A DNA stretch of 64,000 nucleotides from a virus. Positions 8,524 to 17,006 of this stretch are shown piece after piece. Numbering within the stretch: position 1 is the stretch's first letter; every line of letters starts with the position of its first letter. A program made the position numbers and the translations under genes. The notes below the pieces were generated by a model. The model searched no databases and had not been told where the DNA came from. It saw only the letters and a program-made list of their open reading frames with translations. Where the stretch lies: IMG/VR virus record IMGVR_UViG_3300040770_000132. One strand, given 5' to 3'.

Positions 8524-9489
8524 TTGAGTGAAATTACAACTAAGAGGGTAGCTTTCAAACCATTCAGATATCAGTGGGCATACGATTATTGGTTCGACCA
8601 ACAAAACGCACACTGGTTACATACTGAGATATCTATGATGCAAGACGTCAGAGATTGGAAAGAAAACTTAAATGAGAGTGAGAAAAATGTAATAGGTGGC
8701 ATTCTAAAAGGCTTTACGCAAGCTGAATGTGAAATTGGTAGTTACTGGTCTACAATGGTTCCAAGATGGTTCCCAGTACCAGAGATTAAAATGCTAGGTA
8801 AATGCTTTGGATCTGTAGAGGATATTCACGCATCAGCTTATTCGTATCTTAATGATACATTAGGTCTCGATGACTTTGAATCATTTTTAGAAGATGAGGC
8901 TACAATGACTAAGTTAAAAGTATTAATGGATATTGATCCGTATACTAAAGACTTATCAAAAATAGCTAAGAGTATAGCTTTATTTAGTGCATGCGCAGAA
9001 GGAATACAATTATTTAGTTCTTTTGCAGTACTATTATCATTTAGAAAATCTAATCGATTAATCGGTGTAGGTCAACAAATGATTTATAGTGTAAGAGATG
9101 AAAGTCTTCACTCTGAAGCAGGATGTAAAATATTCAGAACTATTATAGAAGAAAATCCTGAAATATGGACAGAAGCTTTTAGAGCTGATTTATATGCTGG
9201 AATTGAGTTAGCAATACATAATGAATTTACGTTCATTAATAAAACTTTTGAAATGGGTGACTTAGATACTATATCTAAAGCTCAACTTAAAAACTTTATG
9301 TATGATAGGGCTAATAGAAAACTAGCTGAACTAATGCTTCCTCCAAAATACATTGTAAATGCTGAATTACTCGATCAAATGTCGTGGTTTTACATGCTAA
9401 TTTCTGGAGAACAACAAACTGACTTTTTTGCAAACAAAGAAACCGGATACGCTAAACCAAATAGCGACTGGAATGATGATTTGTTTTAA
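8524..9489 (+). CDS. nrdB: Ribonucleotide reductase class I beta (small) subunit
   Basis: Two ExxH iron-ligand motifs (VEDIHASAYSY, RDESLHSE) and an acidic C-terminal tail DWNDDLF. TTG start: an in-frame stop lies at 8497-8499 and there is no upstream ATG. Confidence 0.85.
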   Translation: MSEITTKRVAFKPFRYQWAYDYWFDQQNAHWLHTEISMMQDVRDWKENLNESEKNVIGGILKGFTQAECEIGSYWSTMVPRWFPVPEIKMLGKCFGSVEDIHASAYSYLNDTLGLDDFESFLEDEATMTKLKVLMDIDPYTKDLSKIAKSIALFSACAEGIQLFSSFAVLLSFRKSNRLIGVGQQMIYSVRDESLHSEAGCKIFRTIIEENPEIWTEAFRADLYAGIELAIHNEFTFINKTFEMGDLDTISKAQLKNFMYDRANRKLAELMLPPKYIVNAELLDQMSWFYMLISGEQQTDFFANKETGYAKPNSDWNDDLF

Positions 9490-9523
9490 TAAATAAATAA
9501 GTGGAGGTTGGTCGGAAATATGT

Positions 9524-11251
9524 ATGATTGAAACACACAAAATCGCATTAGATTTAGGATGGAATGTAGGAGAAGATTACCCAGAGTGGGGTAATAATGA
9601 TTTGTATTTAACAACTATCAAAGGTGGATACCTTCAAAAAGGAGAATCGCCTAAAGATGGTTATAATAGATTAGCATCTAATGCTTGTAAATACTTAGAT
9701 AGATTTGATTTATTTGATAAGTTTTTTAACATATTTTGGAATGGATGGTTAATACCATCTACGCCAGTAATGTCAAGTTTTGGTACTACTAAAGGTTTAC
9801 CAATATCTTGTTTTAGCGGAGTTATTCCTGACGATATGTACGACATTGGTCGTAAAGAGTTAGAAATGAGGATGCTATCTAAACACGGTGGAGGTACAGC
9901 TTATAGTTTTAGTGAAGTTAGACCTGCTGGTGCACCAATTCAAAATGGAGCATTAGGAACATCTGACGGTATTATACCTTTTATGAAGTCATTTGATAGT
10001 ACAATTATGTCTGCAAAACAAGGTCAATTACGACGTGGAGCAGTAGCTATGTATTTAGACATAGAGCATAAAGACTATCCTGAGTTCTTAGAAGTTCGTG
10101 AACCAAAGGGTGATATTAATAGACAATGCCACAACATACACCAAGGAGCTGTAGTAAGCGATAGGTTTATGAAAGCGGTTAGAGAAGGTTCAGGAGCTGA
10201 ACGTGCTTTATGGACTGAAACCCTTAAGAAACGTGTTAAAACTGGTGAACCTTATATAATGTTTATTGATAACGCTAACAAAGCTTTACCTAATAACTGG
10301 AGAGAGAATAATCTGATTATAAAGCATTCAAATTTATGCTCAGAGATATTCTTACCAACAGATGGTGATCACACGTTAGTATGTTGTCTAAGTTCATTAA
10401 ACTTACATAAGTTTGATGAGTGGAAAAACACTGACACTGTAAAACTAGCTATCTATTTCCTTGATGCAGTAATTGAAGAATTTATTCAGAAATCTGCAGG
10501 TATTAAAGGTATTGAAGATGCAACTAGATTTGCAATCAAGAGTAGGGCGTTAGGATTAGGTACATTGGGGTATCACTCTTACTTACAAAGTAAAGGTATT
10601 CCATTTATATCTATTTATGCTAATGGTCAAACTCATAAAATATTTGGATTAATTAAATCCCAATCTGATGAAGCTTCTAAAGAATTAGCTGTAACTTATG
10701 GAGAGCCTGAATGGTGTAAAGGTACGGGAAACCGTAATTTAACTAAGATGGCCATTGCTCCAAATAGAAGTAGCTCTAAACTTGCAGGAGGTTTATCACA
10801 AGGTGTAGAACCTATCGCAGCTAATATTTACGTTGATGACGACTCTAAAGGTCTTCACATTAGACGTAATCCAGAACTTATCAAAGTTCTCAAAGCTAAA
10901 AATAAAGATATACCTGAAGTATGGGATCAAATTATGGCAGACAAAGGTTCAGTAATAAATGTTAGATGTTTGTCAGATGATGAAAAAGATATTTTTAAAA
11001 CATTTAAAGAAATTAATCAATTGGAACTAGTTAAACAAGCTGGTTTTAGACAAGCTTATATTGACCAAGGACAATCTATTAATTTAGCATTTGCACAAGA
11101 TGCACCAGCTAAGTTTATCAATCTAGTTCACTACACCGCATGGGAAGTAGGTTTGAAGTCACTTTATTATTTTAGAAGTGAAAGCAACATAAAAGCTGAT
11201 TCAGCTCAAAAGAGAGATTTATATAGTGAATGTATAATGTGTGAAGGATAA
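9524..11251 (+). CDS. nrdA: Ribonucleotide reductase class I alpha (large) subunit, short form without an evident ATP-cone
   Basis: Motifs HSNLCSEIFLPT, APNRSSS and YYFRS, plus a C-terminal Cys pair CIMCEG. It is adjacent to the beta subunit. Confidence 0.85.
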   Translation: MIETHKIALDLGWNVGEDYPEWGNNDLYLTTIKGGYLQKGESPKDGYNRLASNACKYLDRFDLFDKFFNIFWNGWLIPSTPVMSSFGTTKGLPISCFSGVIPDDMYDIGRKELEMRMLSKHGGGTAYSFSEVRPAGAPIQNGALGTSDGIIPFMKSFDSTIMSAKQGQLRRGAVAMYLDIEHKDYPEFLEVREPKGDINRQCHNIHQGAVVSDRFMKAVREGSGAERALWTETLKKRVKTGEPYIMFIDNANKALPNNWRENNLIIKHSNLCSEIFLPTDGDHTLVCCLSSLNLHKFDEWKNTDTVKLAIYFLDAVIEEFIQKSAGIKGIEDATRFAIKSRALGLGTLGYHSYLQSKGIPFISIYANGQTHKIFGLIKSQSDEASKELAVTYGEPEWCKGTGNRNLTKMAIAPNRSSSKLAGGLSQGVEPIAANIYVDDDSKGLHIRRNPELIKVLKAKNKDIPEVWDQIMADKGSVINVRCLSDDEKDIFKTFKEINQLELVKQAGFRQAYIDQGQSINLAFAQDAPAKFINLVHYTAWEVGLKSLYYFRSESNIKADSAQKRDLYSECIMCEG

Positions 11252-11265
11252 CATTATTAATATTA

Positions 11266-11299
11266 TTAGGAGGTAAGTTGTAATAAGCTTACCTCTTAA
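11266..11299 (+). terminator. Hairpin downstream of nrdA (no U-tract)
   Basis: TTAGGAGGTAAG (11266-11277) pairs with CTTACCTCTTAA (11288-11299). This gives 12 bp including one G-U pair, with a 10-nt loop. Confidence 0.4.
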
Positions 11300-11315
11300 T
11301 ATAATACAATTAAAA

Positions 11316-12584
11316 GTGGATGTAAACCAAAGAAAAGACGAAGTACAAAATGAAGCTATAGCCAAATGGATTGTAAAGGATAAGCATGGGACTGCTGAGA
11401 TTATAACAGGAGCTGGTAAAACTTTTTTAGGTTTAAAAGCTTTATACACAATGCCTAGACATAGTGATCTTACACATTTGTTTTTAGCTGAACAAAAAGA
11501 TAGAGAAGTAGATTTAGAAGCTGATATAATCAAGTTTAATAAAATTAATAGTTGTGATGTTCACAAGGATTACAATTTAAGATTTGTATGTTATCAAACT
11601 GTAAGAAATTGGAGTGGTTATAAATTAGGATTAGTAATAGCAGATGAGATTCATGACTCAATGACTCCTGAAAATTACAAATTTTATATTAATAATACTT
11701 ATAATGCTATTATAGGTTTGACAGCTAAATTTGATGGTAAACTACAGTATGCTGTTAAAAATAATGATGTTCTTAAAGCTTTCTTTAATGAAAACATAGT
11801 TTCTAAATTAGACATGTTAAATAAAGTTGCACCAATTATATTTTCATATACTACAATTCAAGGTCAATCTGAAGGTACTTCAAGATTATTAAATATTTAT
11901 ATAGTTGAATCAGAAATTGATCGTAATAATAAAAATATTGAATCTGGAAATGCTACAACTAAGTTTTTTCAGTCTGAAGAAGCAGCGATAAAATATGCTA
12001 ATAAAAATGTCAAAATTGCATTAGGTTTACAACCTTTTCCAACTGAAGATTATTATGAATATCAAGAACGTAGAAATTTAGCAATATTTAAATCTTCATT
12101 AAAAAGATGTTCCTTAATTTATGATTTGCCAAGTAAAGTAGCAGTAGCTAATAAAGTTATGGCAAGTTTGATTGGTAAAACAATAGTATTTAGCAACTCT
12201 TTAAAAGCTGTAAAAAAAGTTACAACGTTTGTAGTAGCTTCATCTAATACTGATTCTGAAAATATATTTAATAGAGCTATGTTTGATGAAGGTCAAATTA
12301 AAACTATAGGTTCATTTAAAAAGCTTAAACAAGGTGCAAACTTAGAACAAGCTGATAATGTAATACTAATGTCTTATTATAGTACAGAAGTTGATTTTAT
12401 ACAAAGAATAGGTAGATTACGACAAAACAAAAATTTAGTTGGAAATGTATTTATTTTAGTTACTAAAGATACTCAGGAAGAAGTGTGGTTATCTAAAATG
12501 ATGACAAGTAGCACAAATTACAAAGTTGTAAGAGGTACTTTAGAGCAATGTATGGATAAATATTTAATTAATCTTAAAGAATAA
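11316..12584 (+). CDS. SF2 (DExH) helicase
   Basis: Motif I TGAGKT, motif II IADEIHD, motif VI FIQRIGRLRQ. A GTG start is required because no ATG precedes motif I. Confidence 0.75.
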   Translation: MDVNQRKDEVQNEAIAKWIVKDKHGTAEIITGAGKTFLGLKALYTMPRHSDLTHLFLAEQKDREVDLEADIIKFNKINSCDVHKDYNLRFVCYQTVRNWSGYKLGLVIADEIHDSMTPENYKFYINNTYNAIIGLTAKFDGKLQYAVKNNDVLKAFFNENIVSKLDMLNKVAPIIFSYTTIQGQSEGTSRLLNIYIVESEIDRNNKNIESGNATTKFFQSEEAAIKYANKNVKIALGLQPFPTEDYYEYQERRNLAIFKSSLKRCSLIYDLPSKVAVANKVMASLIGKTIVFSNSLKAVKKVTTFVVASSNTDSENIFNRAMFDEGQIKTIGSFKKLKQGANLEQADNVILMSYYSTEVDFIQRIGRLRQNKNLVGNVFILVTKDTQEEVWLSKMMTSSTNYKVVRGTLEQCMDKYLINLKE

Positions 12585-12889
12585 TGAAGTTTATAAAATT
12601 AAAAAAAAAGATAGTTTACAATCATTTATTAAATGTAAATGATAGAGATTATACTTTAAGAAAAACAATCGAGGAGCTTCAAGAATTATCTTTAGTATTA
12701 ATTCAACGTTTAAATAAAAACGAAGTTTTAGTTCCGGATTCAAATATAATTGAAGAAATCGGAGATGTTAAAATACGATTGAAAGTGTTAGAAAAAATGT
12801 TTTCATCAGAATTAATAAAAAAAAGAATAAATTATAAACTAAAAAAATTCTACAAATATATTGTAGATAAAACTTATAAAAATATATAA
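12584..12889 (+). CDS. Hypothetical protein, weak MazG-like all-alpha pyrophosphohydrolase resemblance
   Basis: IEELQELSLVLIQ ... IIEEIGDVKIRLKVLEKMF resembles the EExxE...D helices of MazG-type proteins. The resemblance is weak. Confidence 0.4.
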   Translation: MKFIKLKKKIVYNHLLNVNDRDYTLRKTIEELQELSLVLIQRLNKNEVLVPDSNIIEEIGDVKIRLKVLEKMFSSELIKKRINYKLKKFYKYIVDKTYKNI

Positions 12890-12890
12890 C

Positions 12891-13700
12891 ATGGTAATTA
12901 TTTGCGAAAAAGTAGGTTCAACAAAGTCAATTAGAGTGGGAACAGTATATGAAGTTTTATCTGAAACCGATACTCGTTACAGAATTATTAATGAAAATGG
13001 CGTAGAAGCCAATTATTGCAAAACATTATTTGGTGAAGTATTTGCAGATAGTCGTCGTGAAAGAAGAAATGAACAACGTCGTAGACTTGCTAATGCAAGA
13101 CAGGAATTAGAAGCTGCAATGCCAGTAGCTCCTGTAGCTCCAGTAATACCAGTTATTGCTGAAATTAATGTTGAAACTTCAGCTATTGTTAAAGAAGTTG
13201 AAAATGATGATGATGAGGAGCATGCTTCTATTACATTAAAAGTTAATTTTATAATTAATAATGCAATTAATCTAGTTCTTGTATCAAATTCAGTATTATC
13301 TGTTTATAGATCAAATATTGGCTGTGGAATTAGAGAAGTGTCAGGTATAAATACGTTAATGAGCTTTACAACAAGTTTAAAACCTAAACTTGTAGAATTT
13401 ATTAGAGTTAAATCTGAAGCAAATTTGTTTACGTTAGTTGAAGGTTTTGATATTGATGAATTAATTAAAGATATTTATGAATCATTATTGCAAGATATAA
13501 TCTCTAAATTTCAAGGAGAAGATATTGAATCAATAATGAAAGCCGGATTAATTAATTTTTCTACAAATATTAACAATAATGGTCATAAAGATGAGTTATT
13601 ACTTGAAATATTTGATGATAAAGCCGATTCTACTGTAGAGTTTGTTAACCCAAATGGAGGAAATATTTGTAAAATGTGGAGTTTTAAAACCGCAGAATAA
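12891..13700 (+). CDS. Hypothetical protein
   Basis: ORF of 269 aa with an Arg-rich segment (RRERRNEQRRR) and a PVAPVAPVIPV linker. Confidence 0.5.
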   Translation: MVIICEKVGSTKSIRVGTVYEVLSETDTRYRIINENGVEANYCKTLFGEVFADSRRERRNEQRRRLANARQELEAAMPVAPVAPVIPVIAEINVETSAIVKEVENDDDEEHASITLKVNFIINNAINLVLVSNSVLSVYRSNIGCGIREVSGINTLMSFTTSLKPKLVEFIRVKSEANLFTLVEGFDIDELIKDIYESLLQDIISKFQGEDIESIMKAGLINFSTNINNNGHKDELLLEIFDDKADSTVEFVNPNGGNICKMWSFKTAE

Positions 13701-13823
13701 AAAATTATAAATGTTTATAAAAACAATAATTAATAATGAACTATACCTATACTACAATGGAACACTTATTTATAAGAGATGGTTGAATTATGGGTATAGC
13801 AAATTATTTCAAAACTATAAAAT

Positions 13824-14963
13824 ATGGCATCAATAGATGTGAGTTATCATGCATTATTGCATGAAATATTAGAGAAAGGTTATACTTACAAAGATCCTAA
13901 TAGAAAAGATGTGAATAGAATAGAAATACTTTCTCATACTTTTAGACACGATTTTAAAAAGGGTTTTCCAGCAATAACTACAAAAAAACTTAATTACAAA
14001 AATGTTGTAACAGAGTTAATATGGTTTTTAAGTGGAGATACAAATATTAAATACCTTGTAGATAATGATTGTAACATTTGGAACAAAGATGCTTATAAGT
14101 ATTATCTAAAATTGCATACAGTACATATAAGTCATAAACCAGTATGGAATATTGAAACTTTTATTAAAACATGCAAACAAGATGCTTTAATAATTGGTAT
14201 TCCTAATTATAAAGTTGGTGATTTGGGACCTGTTTACGGTAAACAATGGAGAAACTTTAATGGTATTGATCAAATTTCCAAATTAATTCAAAGACTTAAA
14301 GACAAGCCTTTAGGAACTGAACATATTGTAAATTCTTGGAATGCTGGTTATTTATCAGATATGGCTTTACCACCATGCCATTATGGATTTCAAATAGTTG
14401 TAAAACCTTTAGAATTTGATTATGTTGCAGATTACACAGGATTAAAAGAAGATATTTGGTTTAATAAAGCATGTAAAAATTTAGAACATGGTGATATTAT
14501 TAAATGTAATAATAAATATTATCAAATATTTTTTGGACCAGAACATGACTCATTTGAAGAATATGTTCAAGAATATGGATTTGAACTTCATTGGAATCAA
14601 AGAAGTGTTGATACATTTCTTGGTTTACCTTATAACATAGCTTCGTATGCTACATTAGCATTGATTTTAGAGAAGATAACTGGTTATAAAGCATTAGCTA
14701 TACAAGGTAACTTAAACAAGGTTCATTTGTACGATAATAGCTTAGATGCTGTTAAGGAACAATTGAGTAGAGATGTACTTCAATTTGATAAATTTAAACT
14801 AAAAATACAAGATAAGTCTGAATATTATAAGATTAAAACTTATGGTTTAGAAATTTGTAGTTTAGATAATTTACTATCTAATGTTGAAATTGAAGATTTT
14901 GAATTAGAAAATTATGAATCATACCCAGCTATTAATGTTAAAATGTTAGAAAGAGATGCGTAA
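13824..14963 (+). CDS. thyA: Thymidylate synthase (ThyA) family enzyme with large insertions; dUMP methylase or hydroxymethylase
   Basis: Motifs ELIWFLSGDTN, GDLGPVYGKQWR, ALPPCH (catalytic Cys), NQRSVDTFLGLPYNIASYA and HLYDN. Compared with E. coli ThyA as recalled, extra segments lie at about aa 90-130 and 194-252. Confidence 0.8.
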   Translation: MASIDVSYHALLHEILEKGYTYKDPNRKDVNRIEILSHTFRHDFKKGFPAITTKKLNYKNVVTELIWFLSGDTNIKYLVDNDCNIWNKDAYKYYLKLHTVHISHKPVWNIETFIKTCKQDALIIGIPNYKVGDLGPVYGKQWRNFNGIDQISKLIQRLKDKPLGTEHIVNSWNAGYLSDMALPPCHYGFQIVVKPLEFDYVADYTGLKEDIWFNKACKNLEHGDIIKCNNKYYQIFFGPEHDSFEEYVQEYGFELHWNQRSVDTFLGLPYNIASYATLALILEKITGYKALAIQGNLNKVHLYDNSLDAVKEQLSRDVLQFDKFKLKIQDKSEYYKIKTYGLEICSLDNLLSNVEIEDFELENYESYPAINVKMLERDA

Positions 14964-15180
14964 TATAAAAAAAATTACAGGACAAGTAGTAAATTATTGT
15001 GATATACCTGAAAAATTGACCGAAGGTAAATGGTTTAATGAATATAGCTCAGGCTGCTACATTGAATGTCATATAGATTTATCAGATAGTGCACAAAGTG
15101 CAGATGAACTTGATAATTGGCTAATGAATAACTACCCAGGTATTGAAAATGAAACTTTTTATATTGAAATAAATTATTAA
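14956..15180 (+). CDS. Small acidic hypothetical protein
   Basis: ORF of 74 aa. I counted 13 D/E against 5 K/R. Confidence 0.45.
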   Translation: MRNIKKITGQVVNYCDIPEKLTEGKWFNEYSSGCYIECHIDLSDSAQSADELDNWLMNNYPGIENETFYIEINY

Positions 15181-15181
15181 T

Positions 15182-15406
15182 ATGCAAGCAGCAGAAGAAT
15201 TTTTAAAAGAAAAAGATGATTATGGAAATTTATCAGTATATGCTAATGAAACAGCTATAATTATGATAGAATTTGCTAAACTTAATGTAGAAGCAGCTTT
15301 GAAAGAAGCCGATATTAAAGGGTCTGAATATATGAGCGGTGGCGCTGACTATGACGAATATCAAGAATCTGTTTTAAATTCATACCCATTGACTAATATT
15401 AAATAA
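15182..15406 (+). CDS. Small acidic hypothetical protein
   Basis: ORF of 74 aa. I counted 15 D/E against 6 K/R. Confidence 0.45.
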   Translation: MQAAEEFLKEKDDYGNLSVYANETAIIMIEFAKLNVEAALKEADIKGSEYMSGGADYDEYQESVLNSYPLTNIK

Positions 15407-15407
15407 T

Positions 15408-15740
15408 ATGACAGAAAAAAGATTTGAAGAAGTAGTTAGTATATTTTTAGATGGTATTAAAGAAACTCTTGTTGTAAAAGGTCGTGAGTATCGTCGTAAT
15501 AACAATCCATTTCATAACTTTGATATTGGTTCGCAACGTAGCGGTTTAATTCGAGAGAAAGTATTAGATGGGTTTTTGTTAAAACATGAAATATCTATTG
15601 CTGATATAACTAATGATTTAGAAAAAGATGTTTTACCTAAAATTTCAACATTAGATGAGAAGTTTGGAGACAACGTAATTTATCTTATAATTAAGATGGC
15701 ATCAATAATTGATAGAATTGAAGAAAATGATATGGTTTAA
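15408..15740 (+). CDS. Hypothetical protein (possible small all-alpha nucleotide-associated domain)
   Basis: ORF of 110 aa. KGREYRRNNNPFHNFD is loosely reminiscent of phage nucleotide pyrophosphohydrolase-like or DUF-type helical proteins. Confidence 0.4.
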   Translation: MTEKRFEEVVSIFLDGIKETLVVKGREYRRNNNPFHNFDIGSQRSGLIREKVLDGFLLKHEISIADITNDLEKDVLPKISTLDEKFGDNVIYLIIKMASIIDRIEENDMV

Positions 15741-16152
15741 AAAAAAGAGAGTTGAATTAGGTGAAGGTCATATTATTCAATATACCATATTTGAATCAAA
15801 ATATTTTGGTGGAATATGGATATATAATTGGAAAACTATTGGTCAAAACAGATTTCACACTCATGCTTTTAAATCAATAGCTATAACATTAAATGGTAGT
15901 TACATACAAGAAGTAATAAAAGATAATAAAATTATTGCTCAAGTTGTAAAAAGTAAATTTATACCAAGATATTTACCAAGAAATTATTGTCATAGAATAT
16001 TAGAAGCTAAACCTAATACTTGGACAATTGTATTTTTTGGTAAATGGTCTGAATATTGGTGGGAATATTTTCAAGATTCAAAAACTTGGGTAAAATATAC
16101 TTGGGGAAGAAAAGTAATTTTAAAAACTAAAAATAAAGATGGTGCAGTATAG
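15709..16152 (+). CDS. Hypothetical protein
   Basis: ORF of 147 aa. The start could be ATG 15727. Confidence 0.45.
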   Translation: MIELKKMIWFKKKRVELGEGHIIQYTIFESKYFGGIWIYNWKTIGQNRFHTHAFKSIAITLNGSYIQEVIKDNKIIAQVVKSKFIPRYLPRNYCHRILEAKPNTWTIVFFGKWSEYWWEYFQDSKTWVKYTWGRKVILKTKNKDGAV

Positions 16153-16414
16153 AAACAAAAACAGTGGTGTAATAGTTTCATCATCTGAATATTACTCGAT
16201 GTCGTATTCGGAAAAACAAAACTATAGGCTTATAAATAGTCAATCAACTAGTAATATGACAAATAACAGTTCTAATAATGGATCAAGTGGATTTTTAACA
16301 TCAGCTATTATAGGTCATGTTACAGACTCTGCTTTATTAGGTGGGTTAGTTGGAGGAGACATTGTCGAAGGTATTGTTGGAGATATGTTCGGTGATAGTG
16401 ATTTAATAGACTAA
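16139..16414 (+). CDS. Hypothetical Ser/Asn-rich protein with a glycine-zipper-like C-terminus
   Basis: ORF of 91 aa containing LLGGLVGGDIVEGIVGDMFG. Confidence 0.4.
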   Translation: MVQYRNKNSGVIVSSSEYYSMSYSEKQNYRLINSQSTSNMTNNSSNNGSSGFLTSAIIGHVTDSALLGGLVGGDIVEGIVGDMFGDSDLID

Positions 16415-16415
16415 A

Positions 16416-16910
16416 ATGTCAGTTACACGCTATTATAGTGATCCACATTTTAGTCATAGAAATATGGCCATTAGACGTGGATTTAAAAATGAATATGAGA
16501 TGAATGAGCATATTGTATCAGAATGGAATAAAGTTGTATCTAAAAGAGATGTAACTTTTATTCTAGGAGATATAACTATGGAAAAATCATCTGAATATTA
16601 CTGGCTAGACCAATTAAATGGTATTAAAAAAGTAATTCTTGGTAATCATGATAAACCTCAACACGTTCCGGAATTATTAAAATATGTAAATAATGTTTCA
16701 TCAATGAAATATACTAAAGATAAGCAATATGGTAACATTATTTTAACACACGCCCCAATTCATCCATGTGAACTAGAATATAGATTTAAAATCAATATTC
16801 ATGGTCATGTCCATGAACATACTTTAGATGATAAGCGTTATATTAATGTCTCAGCTGAAGTAATAGATTACAAACCTAAATTATTAAGCGAATTATTAAA
16901 TAAAATATAA
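16416..16910 (+). CDS. Calcineurin-like metallophosphoesterase
   Basis: Motifs SDPHFSH, ILGDIT, LGNHD, LTHAP and HGHVH occur in the canonical order. Confidence 0.75.
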   Translation: MSVTRYYSDPHFSHRNMAIRRGFKNEYEMNEHIVSEWNKVVSKRDVTFILGDITMEKSSEYYWLDQLNGIKKVILGNHDKPQHVPELLKYVNNVSSMKYTKDKQYGNIILTHAPIHPCELEYRFKINIHGHVHEHTLDDKRYINVSAEVIDYKPKLLSELLNKI

Positions 16911-16913
16911 ATT

Positions 16914-17006
16914 ATGGCATGCAAATATTGTAATCAAGATAAACCTATAACATCAGATAGAATATGTGATGAATGTAGAGAATTATTAATTGATAGAGGA
17001 ATGTAA
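16914..17006 (+). CDS. 30-aa CxxC...CxxC micro-ORF (zinc-ribbon-like)
   Basis: MACKYCNQDKPITSDRICDECRELLIDRGM. Its stop overlaps the next start (TAATG). It is absent from the ORF track, presumably because of its length. Confidence 0.35.
   Translation: MACKYCNQDKPITSDRICDECRELLIDRGM

Noticed and set aside
9503-9507. GGAGG upstream of nrdA as a Shine-Dalgarno sequence.
   Set aside because: It lies 16 nt from the ATG, which is long for an SD. Other genes in the window lack comparable purine-rich sites, consistent with SD-independent initiation.
12598-12609. Homopolymer A runs inside coding regions (here, and at 3841-3849) as slippage or phase-variation sites.
   Set aside because: Such runs are expected in an AT-rich genome that encodes Lys-rich proteins. 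No alternative-frame ORF continues from them.
13701-13823. Possible tRNA, small RNA or riboswitch in the 123-nt gap upstream of the ThyA-like gene. The gap contains GGTTGAAT, which resembles a T-loop, and a 7-bp CTATACC/GGTATAG inverted repeat.
   Set aside because: No acceptor, D or anticodon stems can be drawn. The 7-bp stem has a ~45-nt loop. The only ORF there is a 16-codon ORF with no support. It is probably just a promoter or spacer region.
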